Assembly: GCF_020745735.1 (NCBI RefSeq)
Contig: NC_083431.1
Span: 38,840,496 to 38,904,495 of the forward strand
From: Hemiscyllium ocellatum
Taxonomy: Eukaryota
DNA length: 64,000 bases
Reading direction: 5' to 3'
Position 1 is the stretch's first letter. Each line of letters opens with the position of its first letter. Position numbers and translations under genes: made by a program. The notes under the pieces were generated by a model. That model did not search any database. It was not told where the DNA came from and worked only from the letters and a program-made list of their open reading frames with translations. Below are positions 28,865-41,590 of this stretch, in pieces.

Positions 28865-29088
28865 CTTATGGATTCTTGTAGAGAGAGGAGGAAAACTTCT
28901 TTAAGGCAGGCATCCTTGCAAGAGGATTCGCAGTAGGGTTAAAATCAACTAGGTAAAAACAAGGACTGCAGATGCTGGAAACCAGAGTCTAGAGTAGAGT
29001 GGTGCTGGAAAAGCATAGCTGGTCAGGCAGCATCCGAGAAGCAGGAAAATTGATGTTTTGGGCAAAAGCCCTTCATCATTCCTGAATG
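28865..29088 (-). mobile_element. PLE pLTR fragment with a degenerate hammerhead
   Basis: Same pLTR as 931-1062. Minus strand reads TGATGA-AGGGC-TTTT-GCCC-AAAA-CATC at about 29052-29078. Left boundary uncertain. Confidence 0.7.
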
Positions 29089-29715
29089 AACAAAATGCAA
29101 TAAAGGACACTAAGTGAGGCCAGTTTCAGATTGGTTGTGTTAACACCCATTGTTATTTGGACTTCCAGTAGTAAATACCTGTAATTTATGCAGTAATCAC
29201 CAGACTCAAGCTCTTTCTTCAATGAAGAGATGGATAGACTCCTACAGTGGCACCATTTAATAACAGTAACATTCAAATGTGCAGTGCAAACTAGCAAATA
29301 TGATGACGACTTCTCAGCTTAATCCTAATTCCACTTATTTGATCTGAGGGTCTTTGTGAGCTCCATGTTTAGCCTTCAGTCACTAAGTTAAGTGTGGATA
29401 AATGTTCAGATCAGAAAGAACAGAGATTAGCTTGGCTTTGATGTCAGATATTATGGAACAACCTGAAGGTGTTTACTATCCTGACTCATACATGAAAAGT
29501 GGTCACTGGGAACAGCCAAGCTTCTTTGGTCACGAAACCTTGCAGGAGTCAGTGTCTCCAGGGAAGCAGGAACAGGAACTCAGGGGAAAATCTTATTAAA
29601 TTGTTTTTTTATGACATTAATGGGCATACATTGTACATAAATGTTTGGAAATGTTTTTCCTTCTAATGATCATTTCAGATTGATTAAAATATGATTGTGT
29701 GTCTTGATCTTTTAG

Positions 29716-29886
29716 ATGAGACCAGTAATCAGAGCTCCTTATCAGATGCCTACCAGGTAAAAGTGGACAGCAGTACAAACTCAAGCCCCAGCCCGGAGCA
29801 AAGTGAACCTGTCAGCCCAACGCTTCTGTCTGATTTTAAAGCAGATGACTCTCAGCCTCCCATGCTTGGGCAGGAAAGCATGGAAG
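29716..29886 (+). CDS. BCL7B: BCL7B coding exon 4
   Basis: (D)ETSNQSSLSDAYQVKVDSSTNSSPSPEQSEPVSPTLLSDFKADDSQPPMLGQESME, matching vertebrate BCL7B. 171 nt, AG/GT bounded. Confidence 0.96.
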
Positions 29887-30104
29887 GTATGGAGAGCAAC
29901 AGGAACTATATTGGCTGTTACTGTGCAATCATTGTGAATATATAAAACTATCCTTGAGTAGTTAATTGGATGACCATTTAGAGCAGATTGCAGAGTGTAC
30001 TGAGTTGTCAGAGGTGCCATGCTGTCTTTAAAATACTAAAGTGTGGTCCAGAATGACCACTTAGATAATTGTGAACAAGAACCCAGGGGTGCGCGCGTTG
30101 CAGT

Positions 30105-31098
30105 GGGTGAACGTAGCTGAGAATGCAATAGGTAGATGAAGGTGGGGGAGAAGGTGATGGGATGAAGTGGCTAGATGGCAAAGGTGATGGACAAGTTAAG
30201 AGGGTGGTGACAAGTTAGAGGCTTGGGACTGGGATAATGTGGGTGGTGGGGGTGGGGTGGGAGGGAGATGAAATGGTCTATCCCCACCACTAGGGACATG
30301 TTTCCCTTTCCAACCCTATCAACATTCCAGAGACACCGTTGTCTCCACGGCTCCCTTGTCAGATCCCTGACCTCACCAGCCCACACCCTACTCCCGGCAC
30401 CTTCCCCTGCCACAGCAGGAAGTATAAAACCTATGCACACACCTCCCCCCTCACCTAAGTCCAAGATCTGAAGGGATCCTTCCACATCCAACAGAAATTT
30501 ACCCATACCTCCACCAATGTCATCTACTGTATCTGTTATGCCCGATATGGTCTCCTCTACATCGGGGAGACTGGATGCCTACTTATGGATCATTTAAGAG
30601 AACATCTCTGGGACACCCGCACCAACTAATCCCACTAAAGACTTCAACTCCCCCTCCCACTCCTCCAGGGACATGCAGGTCCTGCCTCTTCCAATTCCAA
30701 ACCCTTACCACATGGTGCCTGGAGGAATAACGCCTCATCCTCCGTCTTGGGACCCTGCAACCACATGGGATCAATGTGGATTTCACCAGTTTCCTCATTT
30801 CCCCTCTCCCTACATTATCCCAGTCCCAAACCTCCAACTTGGCACTGCCCTCTTGACCTGTCCATCACCTTTCCTATCTACCTGCTCCACCCTCCTCTCC
30901 AACCTATCACCTTCTCCTCCACCGTCCTCTACCTATTACATTCTCAGCTACTGTCACCCACCCCCCTCCCATTTATCTCTCAGCCCCCTGGCCGACAAGC
31001 CTCATTCCTGATGAAGGGCTTATGCCCAAAACATTGATTCTCCTGCTCCTCGGATACTGCCTGACCTGCTGCGCTTTTCTAACGTCACACTCTCGACA
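30105..31098 (+). mobile_element. Penelope-like 3' fragment with a partial inverted arm (about 30105-30275) and a degenerate hammerhead at 31004-31039
   Basis: GIY-YIG-region similarity to 57000-57600. CTGATGA-AGGGC-TTAT-GCCC-AAAA-CATT. Confidence 0.8.
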
Positions 31099-31264
31099 TA
31101 AAGATTATGCACCCTCATTGAAGTTTCCACAACATTGATCAATTGTTGATAAACAGAACATCCCTAGACAACTTATTCTTGTACTGTAATACCCTTTAAA
31201 GGAAGACCAGCATGCATTTGATGTCCTAATTGCTAATTTTGTCTTTTGCACAAATACACCAAAG

Positions 31265-32098
31265 TCATAGAGTCATAAAGATGTACAGCATGGAAACAGA
31301 CCCTTCGGTCCAAACCATCCACGCTGACCAGATATCCCAATCCAATCTAGTCCCACCTGCCAGCACCTGGCCCATATCCCTCCAAACCCTTCCTATTCAT
31401 ATACTCATCCAAATGCCTCTTAAATGTTGTAATTGTATCAGTCTCCACCACATCCACTGGCAGCTCATTCCATACACGTACCACTTTCTGCATGAAAAAG
31501 TTGCCCCTTAGGTCTCTTTTATATCTTTCCCCTCTCACCCTAAACCTATGCCCTCTAGTTCTGGACTCCCCGACCCCAGGAAAATGACTGTCTATTTATC
31601 GTATCCATGCCCCTCATAATTTTGTACACCTCTATAAGGTCACCTCTCAGCCTCCGATGCTACAGGGAAAACAGCCGCAGCCTGTTTAGCCTCTCCCTGT
31701 AGCTCAGATCCTCCAACCCTGGTAACGTCCTTGTAAATCTTTTCTAAACCCTTTCAAGTTTCACAACATCTTTCAGATAGGACGGAGACCAGAATTGCAC
31801 GCAATATTCCAACAGTGGCCTAACCAATGTCTTGTATAGCCGCAATATGACCTCCCAACTCCTGTACTCAATACTCTTACCAATAAAGGAAAGCATACCA
31901 AACGCCACCTTCACTATCCTCTCTACCTGCGACTCCACTTTCAAGGAGCTATGAACCTGCACTCCAAGGTCTCTTTGTTCAGCAACACTCCCGAGGACCT
32001 TACCATTAAGTGTGTAAGTCCTGCTAAGATTTGCTTTCCCAAAATGCAGTACCTTGCATTTATCTGAATTAAACTCCATCTGTCACTTCTCAGCCCAT
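31265..32098 (-). mobile_element. CR1-group (HER1-like) LINE 3' fragment
   Basis: ORF 31744..32079 MEFNSDKCKVLHFGK...LYKTLVRPLLEYCVQFWSP. Confidence 0.9.
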
Positions 32099-33018
32099 TG
32101 TTCCAGAGCATTGTAGTTAAATGTTTTATTCCCTTAAAAATATATTCTACTATATTATTCATACTACTAAAATGAATACAGCACAAAATTTTATCATTTC
32201 ACTTTCCAACTGATGTCCCCAATTGTCCTCACAACACACACCTGTGTCACCTCTGGTACCATTCAAGATGATCAGCTTGCTAACACTAATGAAGAATGCT
32301 TAGAGCTACGCATGAAGAATAGTGATCTTGGAGAGGTACGGAAGGCTACTTGGTATTGATGAAATTGTATTGCAGCAAGAGACAACATCCTCCTTACAAG
32401 TGAGGTGAAAAAAAAGTGTCCCATTGTTTCTATGTACACAGTAATAGTGACATTGTAAAACTCAATACTTAGCCTTCATCTCTTTCCTGCAGAAACATTG
32501 ATCTGCACCCTAGCTGACAGTCAATCAGTACTGCAGCTCTTCCTCAGAGTAGCTTACCCCAATCGTCAATCTGAACACTAATACTAATTGCTCCAACAGA
32601 GATCAACCAGGTAACTAACAGAATTTACCTAAACTGTGAGTGTCAGAGAGCTGTTCAATTGTCAATGCATAGGTTTTCAAAATGGGACCCTTGGCTGGTT
32701 ACCCTGAAGCCATTGCATATTGTCCTCTGTATGGCCTCAGCATTAAAATCAACAAGCTCTTTTTAAGACAGAAAATAATGGCTCTGTTCCTCACTAATTC
32801 ACTTATAATTTTATTCATTAATAAAATAGTTCTATTTCCCTGATGCTTTGAATAAAGTGCAAACAGGTTTTCAATTTCCAAGTTATTTTAGTCAGATTCT
32901 CACAGTTCTCTTTTCTCCTGCTAAGATCCCAACCATTTTTCTGACTCTTATTCAGCAAGTGGACATTTATGGTTAGTCTGGATAGAAATTATGGTAATTT
33001 CTCAATTCTCTCTCACAG

Positions 33019-33098
33019 AACCTTCCCTTCCTTCCTCAGAAGTAGGAGATGACCCTCCAATGCTTACAAAGGAAGAGCTGGTTCCCTTGCAGCCTCAG
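33019..33098 (+). CDS. BCL7B: BCL7B coding exon 5
   Basis: (E)PSLPSSEVGDDPPMLTKEELVPLQPQ. cacag acceptor, GTAAGC donor, 80 nt. Confidence 0.96.
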
Positions 33099-33661
33099 GT
33101 AAGCCACGAACCAATTGTGTGTACACCTACTTTTTGGGGAAGACTAAGCTCCTATATGTTTTAGTGTATTTGTGAGAATGAAGCACACATTTGAGTTAAG
33201 CTTCAAACCCCAAATTTAAACTTTTCAAATAGCACTTCTTTTACTTGGGTTATTTAGATCAGTTTGGACATGTACATGTACAATGTGCAGATCCCAACAT
33301 TTTAATTTGGAAAAGCACACAGACAAATGAACAAAAGTCAAGTCTTAGGGTGGGTGTGCGTTATCATTTTGGTGTAATTATCCCTGTGATTCATTTTTAT
33401 CAATCACATGTGAAACTGGTGCAAAAATTTGACTCCTTCTGCAAGGCCATGGTTTCCAAATTAAGATGACACATGCAAACGCATTTAATGCTTACCAGGA
33501 TAATAGTAGAGGATGGGAAAAAAGGTGAATTTCATCAATGTGAGTTTTAGGATTTGGGCTAATAAGTAAATGCTATGAACATTGTGAAGCTACAGATTCT
33601 TTTATTTAGGAAAGGAAAATTGGTATAAGTCACCAATCATGTAGTCTCCAGTAAAATGAAT

Positions 33662-33992
33662 ATTAGATTAGATTAGATTCTCTACAGTGTGGAAACAAGC
33701 CCCGCGGTCCAACAAGTCTACACCGACCTTCCCAGAGTAATCCACCCAGACCCATTCCCTTACCCTATATTTACTCCTGATTAATGCACCTAACGCTATG
33801 GACAACTTATCATGGCCATTTCACCTGACCTGCACATCTTTGGATTGTGGGAGGAATCTGGAGCACCTGGAGGAAACCCACACAGACATGGGGAGAACGT
33901 GCAAACTCCACAGACAGTCACCTGAGGCAGGAATCAAACCCAGATACCTGGTGCTGTGAGGCAGCAGTGCTAACCACTGAGCCAACGTGCCA
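33662..33992 (-). mobile_element. HE1/V-SINE-type SINE
   Basis: (TTAGA)n tail at left, core and head similarity. Confidence 0.85.
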
Positions 33993-34700
33993 CTCTGTTG
34001 CGGAGAGACAGATGGGGAAAATCTTGCTCTGATGTTTTCCATGGTCCGCTACCTTGTAAAATCACTGTCTTTAGTGTTGCACAAGAATAACCACTTTAAT
34101 AGGTACAGAAAGCAGTGCAACAGGTAGGATGAATGAGTTGCAGAGCAGGAGAAAAATTTGGAAAGTGATGCTATCGGCAATATTGATCCAGAGAATAGAG
34201 CTATAGTTTATCGTATTTGAGTTTTTTTAAGCAAATTAATTATCTTAGGAGTATTAAAAAGTATTGTCAAAATAGAACTGAAAAGTGGTATTAATAATTT
34301 CCAGATTCCAAGGTGGATATGGTCTTTGTGGCTGTCTGTCTGTCTTTAAATTATTATGTACCACTGCCACTAAACTAATTTTTAACAATAAAGCTCAAGT
34401 ATTGGATGAATCAAAATAAGCAAATTCTTTGGTGAATTCAATGAAGACAATATTCAAGTGGGAGGCTGAAAATCTCACTGGATCACAGAATTTTAATGGG
34501 AAAAATGTAGTGTCATATTCAGCAATAGAAAGATTAATCTTTTTTCAGTTTTTATTTCATAGGGACCCATTCAAAATGTTAATACAGATCTTGGTTTTCA
34601 GTGAATTTTTATTTGAACCAAAGTTTTGTAGTTTTAACAGCAAATCTTTTAACGTGCTTTTTGATTCTTCAGATCAACTCTTTCTATGGTTTGTTACCAG

Positions 34701-34799
34701 GTTGTGGAAGAGGAGGATGATGAATATTCAGGGGCACCACCACTGAAGAGGGTATGCACTGGACAGAATGCTGTGACCCAGCCAGTAACCGAGAGCTAA
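34701..34799 (+). CDS. BCL7B: BCL7B coding exon 6 (terminal)
   Basis: VVEEEDDEYSGAPPLKRVCTGQNAVTQPVTES*, with the conserved GAPPLKR motif. Spliced CDS 92+76+115+171+80+99 = 633 nt (210 aa). Confidence 0.96.
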   Translation, partial: VVEEEDDEYSGAPPLKRVCTGQNAVTQPVTES

Positions 34800-37700
34800 C
34801 CCAGAATCTCAATTTGGCTCTTTGCCATGGTACAATCTGACTTGACCATCACACATATGACTGACTTTGAAGAATGATATTTATTTTCTACTTTTAATGA
34901 ATTGTGATGGTTGTGACTTTGGAGTCTGAATTTATAATGTTTCTGTATTGCAGGATGATGTCCCTTTTGTTGGGCATAGTTCATGGCTCCATTGGGTCTT
35001 CCTAGTTGAAGACACTTTTATATTGATGGTGTCAAAAGTATAACCTAATATAAAGGATATGCTCTCCTTGCCTCTGAATTGTGTCTAACATTTGGTTTTC
35101 ATCAATCTTCAAATTACGTATTGGAAGTAAGAACGCATGGGTTTCCTTCTTATTGACCCACTACAGGGATTGATTGCACACTGCTACAGTATAGAGGGAG
35201 GAGCACAGACTTCAGAACTGTTCTTTTGGAGCCCTAACATCAATATGAAAGTGCCTTGACATTGAAGTGCCTCCAATCTTAATCAAGGCTAAATGAGCTT
35301 ACTGATGACAGATTTGTGCTAAGATTGATTCTTGTCTCTACCCCAAAATTTTTAGTCTTCATCCTGAAATCCTCCTTATGATACAAAGTTGCGCTTTATC
35401 ATTTATAGCTAAGGAAAGCACAGTAGAGTGCAGTTTAAAAAAATGGAATTGTTGAAGTTGGATGGCTATATGGAAGTATTTGGTACAACATAAGAACTAG
35501 GAACAGGAGTAAGCCATGTGACTCCTCAAGTTGGCTTTGACATTTAGTAAGATCATGGATGATCTGATCTTGGTCTCACTTTCACTTTTCTGCTTTTTCC
35601 TCTCAACCCTTGAGTCCTTATTGTTCAAACTTCTGTCTTTCTCAACCTTGAATAAAGTCAAGGATTCAATCTCCACAGTGCGGTGGGTAGAGATTTCCAA
35701 AGATTATTCTTCATATTAAAAGGGCAGTCCCTTATTCTGGAACTATACTATACATTCCTCAGGATAATGCGTTCCAATAAGAACATCTCCCATTCTTTTA
35801 ACCTCTGAGTACAGATCCAACCTTTCTTCATAAAATAATCCAAAAAATAAACACATAAGTATATTGAAAAATGCATTTTCTGGAGTTCATTATTTAATAA
35901 ATTTGCTTCAGTGAAAAAGAATGGGAAGTCTTGTGAAAGAACAGGTTTCCTTTTTAAGTTAATGTAAGCTGTTGCTATATCTTTGACATATGTGGAAAAT
36001 TATGCACTTAATTTTCAGTGATACTGAATCAATTTTTTATACCTTGTTTAACCAGGACTTGCATTTTTCGCTGGGGAGAGCACTATAGTGGCTCAGAGAT
36101 GATTTATATATACGCATAGAAAATAGATTCGGTTCTTTAGTTTATTTGCTTTCAGTCAACAAGCAGCCAGGCTTATTGTGACAATGGTGTGAGTGTTAGT
36201 GACTTGACAACTGAATTGGATTTAACTGTACTTCACTCCACATTTAAATCATCCATTGGCACTGATTCCACAGGTTCACACAGTAACCACTTTGTCAAAA
36301 GAGGGGAGTATATAGCTGTATATGGAACGGTATCCCACCTGGGAGTTGGCACGATGAGAGGAGGAAGGAAGAAAATCTCCACCCAAACACCAAACCATTC
36401 ACATTCTATTACTTCATCTACTGAATCAAATTGCCAACTGTCTTGCAGCTGATTTTACTGAAATCAGACCATTTCTTATCTGGAGGTGACCCCAGATTAA
36501 ACATCTGCAATGGAATGTAAATGGTAATACTAATCAACCAACCATTTTAAGGATAAGTACAATATATGAAGGCCCTTAAGCATTTTGATCCTTGTATAAT
36601 ACACTGGTTATCAGGTTACAATATTTCAGTGTTTATTAAAACATCACTGTCTATATTAATTGTTAGCTGGAATATTACCAACAGATGAATACTTTATGAA
36701 ACCCCATTTGGCTTACATTAAGAATTTCATCGAAGCGTGGCTCAAGGGGTCTGCAGTTTGTGTGGACCATCTCTGATCCTGCAAGAGCCAATCAACACTT
36801 TTTCAGGAAGGAAAATAATTTTCAAAAATTGGGTATTCATTTCCTGATTTTATTATAAACCGATTGTCTACCTTCAGTTTCTCAATGCTTTTCTATACAA
36901 TTTTTTATTGCCTTTTTTGGCACAAGAATACAGGAAATTAATCCACAATTACACAGCAAAAAGACAGTTCACAGTAATGTTTAATATTTTTCTTCTTATC
37001 CATACTATACTTGGAAAGTGTTCTTTTTAATGGATGTTTCTACCTATATATAGTGCTCCTGCCAAAGTATCTCCTTTCTGCCTTGCATATGCAACCCAAA
37101 CCCATTCAGGCCCTGCCCCATGATCTACGTTGCTTAGGTGTCAGTACTAGTGCTTTTTTTAGTTAGATACAGTATTTAACTTCTGTTGCTTACTTGTCTC
37201 ATTTTTATTTTTATTTTTATTAATGTAACTCTTCCCCTCTTTCATGGATCAACCCAAATGTAAAGCTACTCACTGTCTCAGTTTAGTTATGATGTGGAGG
37301 TGCTGATGTTGGACTGAGCTGGACAAAGTTAAAACATCATACAAGACCAGGTCAGAGTCCAAAAGGTGGATTTGGAAGTACAAGCTTTCAGAGCGCTGCT
37401 TCTTTGTCAGGTAGCTAGTGGACCAGGATTATAGGACATACTACATATATATAGCAAAAGATCATAGTGTCATACAACTGATGCATTGTATTGAGCAAAC
37501 AGCAATCTAGATTTGTTGAATATGTTGCATCAGTTGTATGACACATGATCTTTTGCTGTAAATTCTGTGTCCTATGATCCTGCTCCACTAACTACCTGAC
37601 GAAGGAGCAGCGCTCTGAAAACCCTTACCTCCAAATGTAACCTGATGTTGTGATTTTTTTTTTAAAACTCTGTTTAAAACATTTATCACTATATGAAAAG

Positions 37701-39700
37701 CGGATTATAGTAAATAGGCAACCTATTTTAAACCTGCTTGATCTACCTTTTTATTGAAGTTGATATAAAAGAACGTCAGGTAAAATGTGAAATGGATAGC
37801 TTATTCATCAGTGCCTGTTTCATCCAGCAATTCATGTTGAAAGCACCCCAAATTTCTTCTTTCTAGAAGTATATCAGTTGCATATTTTATAGCTTTGTTT
37901 TGGCTGAGTCAGTATTTTGGCCTTGGGTATTAGATCTGTATTCCACTTCACTACTACTTAATCCTAACATTCTAGTCTTTAGTACATACCCCAGTGAATA
38001 GCTTTGTCATTTTTTAAGATCTTGAAAATGTTAAGATGTGTTAAATGTATTTTATATGAAAAAGAAAGTATGTTTACAGTGTGGTCTCTTACCTTATCTC
38101 ATCCACAGACCCCATCCCACCACTTCCCCAGCCCAGTGGAGATTGTGTACTTTACTTCTTGCTACTTTATATAGTGGCTGTTTTAACCACTGGGATCTCT
38201 TTCAAAGTTTCTGAAGAGCAGAGATTTCCTAATTACAATACGGAGACACCTATCTTGTTGATATAGATTTTGCTTTTCATGGAAGTGAAGCCAGAACAAT
38301 GTGAAACTATTAAAAGATTGTAATTTCTGAAGAAAAATGCATAAGAGTTTATATTTTTGAATACAAAGAGCTAAATAGATTAATCAATTTGTACATTGAA
38401 TATTTTTCTTTGCTATTCCACTTAGCTTGCTCTTTTTGAAGGTAACTGTCATTTTTGTTAGTTTATTTTTCATCGAGGATATTACATGGAAAATTTGCTT
38501 TGTATATATGGTATTTGTGCAATGGAATGGAAACCAGCCAGAATATTCTGGGGCATTCAAACAGGCTCACATTTTATTTCAAAGTAAGGTTTGAATGATA
38601 GTAAGTTAATTTTCCTATGATGTAATGGACTGTCCATTTTTGATGTTGTACTGGAACATATGTTGTTAAGTTAAATGCTGATAATTCTGATCTGTAACTC
38701 AACTACTTTTCCAACCAATCTCAGACAACACAAATGTTGATGAGGGATTCTAAATGTCTGTATAAAAAGTCTTCATCATTATTGGATCAGAGATGCAATA
38801 AGCATTGCTTAAAGAAGATCCATGTACTTGGTGTATGATACATCCATTTGTATTGCAGCCAATGTTAATAATTCACTTGTGAATCACTAGAACTCTGTTT
38901 TAAATGATTCAACAATGTAATTAAGTTCCTTTCATAATTTTAAGAAAAATATTGTTAACTTTATTGCAAAATTACTTCTGGCTTTTTCTGCCTCAAATAA
39001 ATTTGTCCAGGCAGTGAAAAAGAAATGTTAGTAATTTGCCATACTTTAGCAGTGGGACATTCCAAAGAAACATGATTTGAAAGGTATATGTACACTGTCA
39101 GATGGGGTATGGTGCCTCGACTACACTGTATTTATAGTTGCAGACTTTACAAACATCACCTAGAAAGCATTCAATTTTACAAAATGTCTAGTTTGATTCT
39201 ATTGCACAGTCCAAATTCTAAAGAATAGTTTATCAGTTAGATGTTTGGTTTAAGTATTTTCATGTTTAATTTTCTTTTAAAATTTTGAAAAGGTAAGCAC
39301 TAGCCTTGGCAATCGGTATAAGCACATGTGTATATTTTTAAAGTATTTGTGTATTATGGCCATTTGCATATTCCACTGTTTAGGATAAAGCACTTACTGA
39401 AAGTTATTTTCTGATATTTACTGAGGCACCATAAAATAGGTGCTGATCCTCTCCTATTGCCTTCAATGTGTATTGACTTCAAAATCTGTCTCCTGTTCAT
39501 GAATACTGAGACAGGAACAATGTATTAATCACTGGTGCGTGCCTCAGTGATAGAAATTTGCGAAAGATGCAAACCATAATGTCAAAAAATACTTTTTTTA
39601 CCTCAAAGGTTAAGTGTTGCCTTTCATATTGTAAAATCTGAATGACTATTTAGATTGCTATTTGAAATGCTTGTGAAAATAAAGTGTTGCAATGCATTAA
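34800..39700 (+). other. BCL7B: Putative long BCL7B 3' UTR
   Basis: AT-rich and repeat-poor compared with the introns. AATAAA at 39678-39683 with ATTAAA shortly after. Earlier AATAAA sites near 35846, 35897 and 38996 could be used instead. Confidence 0.4.
37290..37665. mobile_element. Palindromic PLE-derived element (second pLTR family) with a hammerhead remnant on each arm
   Basis: AGCAAAAGATCATAGTGTCATACAACTGATGCA ... TGCATCAGTTGTATGACACATGATCTTTTGCT inverted arms. CTGACGA-AGGAGC-AGC-GCTCT-GAAA at 37596-37620 (+), mirror copy at about 37382-37410 (-). Confidence 0.8.
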
Positions 39701-40215
39701 AAAGTGCACTATTTTACTTAGAATATCAATCAAAGTGATTATAATACCTGGTAAATTCATACTTGTGATTTGGAATGTGATATGCCACCTCACACAGATA
39801 CAGATAGCAGTTCGGTGCAATATACATGAGATTTCAAAAGACTAAAGTGGACTAAAGTGACGAAATTGAGGTTAGGGGCTGAAGAAGCAGATTGACAAGT
39901 TAATGTTAATAGAATGAAATTTGTAACCATTACTACTTATTATTTACATAAATGTTTACCACCAAATTGGAAATTTTGTTTAAATTGATAAAATGTAAAA
40001 AAAATAGTAACTTGTGGATTGGGCGGGTAAATGGCAACTGATAGGTGTAAGGTGGTATGGTTTGTTAGGAGAAATAAGTAAGTTACCTTGCAAAATAAAA
40101 GCCGATATGATACAAATTCACAAATCATGAAAATCAAAAAATGCTGGTTAACAAGGCTGTAAAAATGCAAATAAAACATTAGGGTTCATAACTTATATTT
40201 TTGTATTTAATAACT

Positions 40216-40266
40216 TGGTCTTAAGTTTCAATACAAGTATAATACTATGTATTGAAACTTAGACCA
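40216..40266. repeat. Near-perfect 51-bp palindrome
   Basis: TGGTCTTAAGTTTCAATACAAGTAT-A-ATACTATGTATTGAAACTTAGACCA. Confidence 0.85.
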
Positions 40267-40537
40267 CATATTGAAGTACTGGGCAAATATCTGGTTTCTA
40301 TATTGCAAAAGCAATGTAAAGTTACTGAAGGGGATGCAAAAGAAAATCTGACAAGAATTCCACCAGAGCTGAGAGGTTACAACTATAATGGAAGACTAAA
40401 CAAGTTTGGGTTCTTTTCTTTCAAAAAGTGAAGTTTCAGATGTGATTGGATTGAGGTCTAAGATTTTAAAGAAGTTTAATAGGGTGTAGATATTTTCACT
40501 TGTGGTATTGTCCAAAACACAGGGCCATAAATACAGG

Positions 40538-40821
40538 GGGCGGCACGATGGCACAGTGGTTAGCACTGCTGCCTCACAGTGCCAGAGACCTGGGTTCAAT
40601 TCCCACCTTGGGCGACTGTGTGTGGAGTTTGCACATTCTCCCCGTGTCTGCGTGGGTTTCCTCCGGGTCCAAAAAAAATGTGCAGGTTAGGTGAATTGGC
40701 CATGCTAAATTGCCCGTAGTGTTAGGCGTAGGGGAATGGGTCTGGGTGGGTTGCTCTTCGGAGTGTCGGTGTGGACTTGTTGTGCAGAAGGGCCTGTTTC
40801 CGCACTAAGTAATCTAATCTA
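40538..40821 (+). mobile_element. HE1/V-SINE-type SINE inserted in a degenerate CR1 fragment
   Basis: Full head GGGCGGCACGATGGCACAGTGGTTAGC and (AATCT)n tail. Confidence 0.88.
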
Positions 40822-41107
40822 AAAAAAAGCCACTCATATTTATATTGTAAATCAACAGCAACCTGAAGATACCAAACTGAAAATCTACTAAGTTTACATG
40901 TATAGCAGTGAGACAGGGACTACGTATGCTGAGAATACCTTGCCAACCATATCTTGGGAAGACAAAGTCACCAACTTTGAGGTCATCGTTCGTGAAAGCA
41001 TACACAATTTTCAAAAAATATCTGCAGTGACTTGTCATCATCTGTCCAGAAACATTTACATGTGTGGTAAGCTGGACATTGGGTCTAATCTACTGGATGT
41101 CTATATC

Positions 41108-41590
41108 TAGAGTCATTGAGATGTATGGCACGGAAACAGACCTTTGGTGCAATCGTCCATGCCAACCAAATATCCTAACCTAATCTCGGCCCTTTCTATT
41201 CATATACTTATCCAGATGCCTTTTAAATGCTGCAGTTGTACCAGCCTCCACTAATTCTTCTGGCAGTTCATTCCATATATACACCACCCTCTGTGTGAAA
41301 AAGTTGCCCCTTGGGTCCCATTTATATCTTTCCCCTCACTCTGTAGCTTTGGCTCTCCACATACATCTCTTCCTCTCTTTCCCCCTCCCCCCCCCCCCCC
41401 CGACAAAGACTTTGTTTATACTATTCATGCCACTCCAAAATGCAGCACCTCAAATTTATCTAAAATTAAACTCCATCTGTCACTCCTCAGCCCATTGGCT
41501 CATCTGATCAAGATCCCATTGTACACTGAGGTAACCTTCTTCACTGTTCACTACACCTCCAATGTTGGTGTCATCTGCAAACTTACTACA
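41108..41590 (-). mobile_element. CR1-group LINE 3' fragment, internally deleted
   Basis: Similarity to 21722-22562. Confidence 0.75.

Noticed and set aside
32268-32335. 68-nt open exon candidate in BCL7B intron 4
   Set aside because: Weak acceptor and a phase 1 to 0 mismatch. Joining it to the 118-nt candidate gives an immediate stop.
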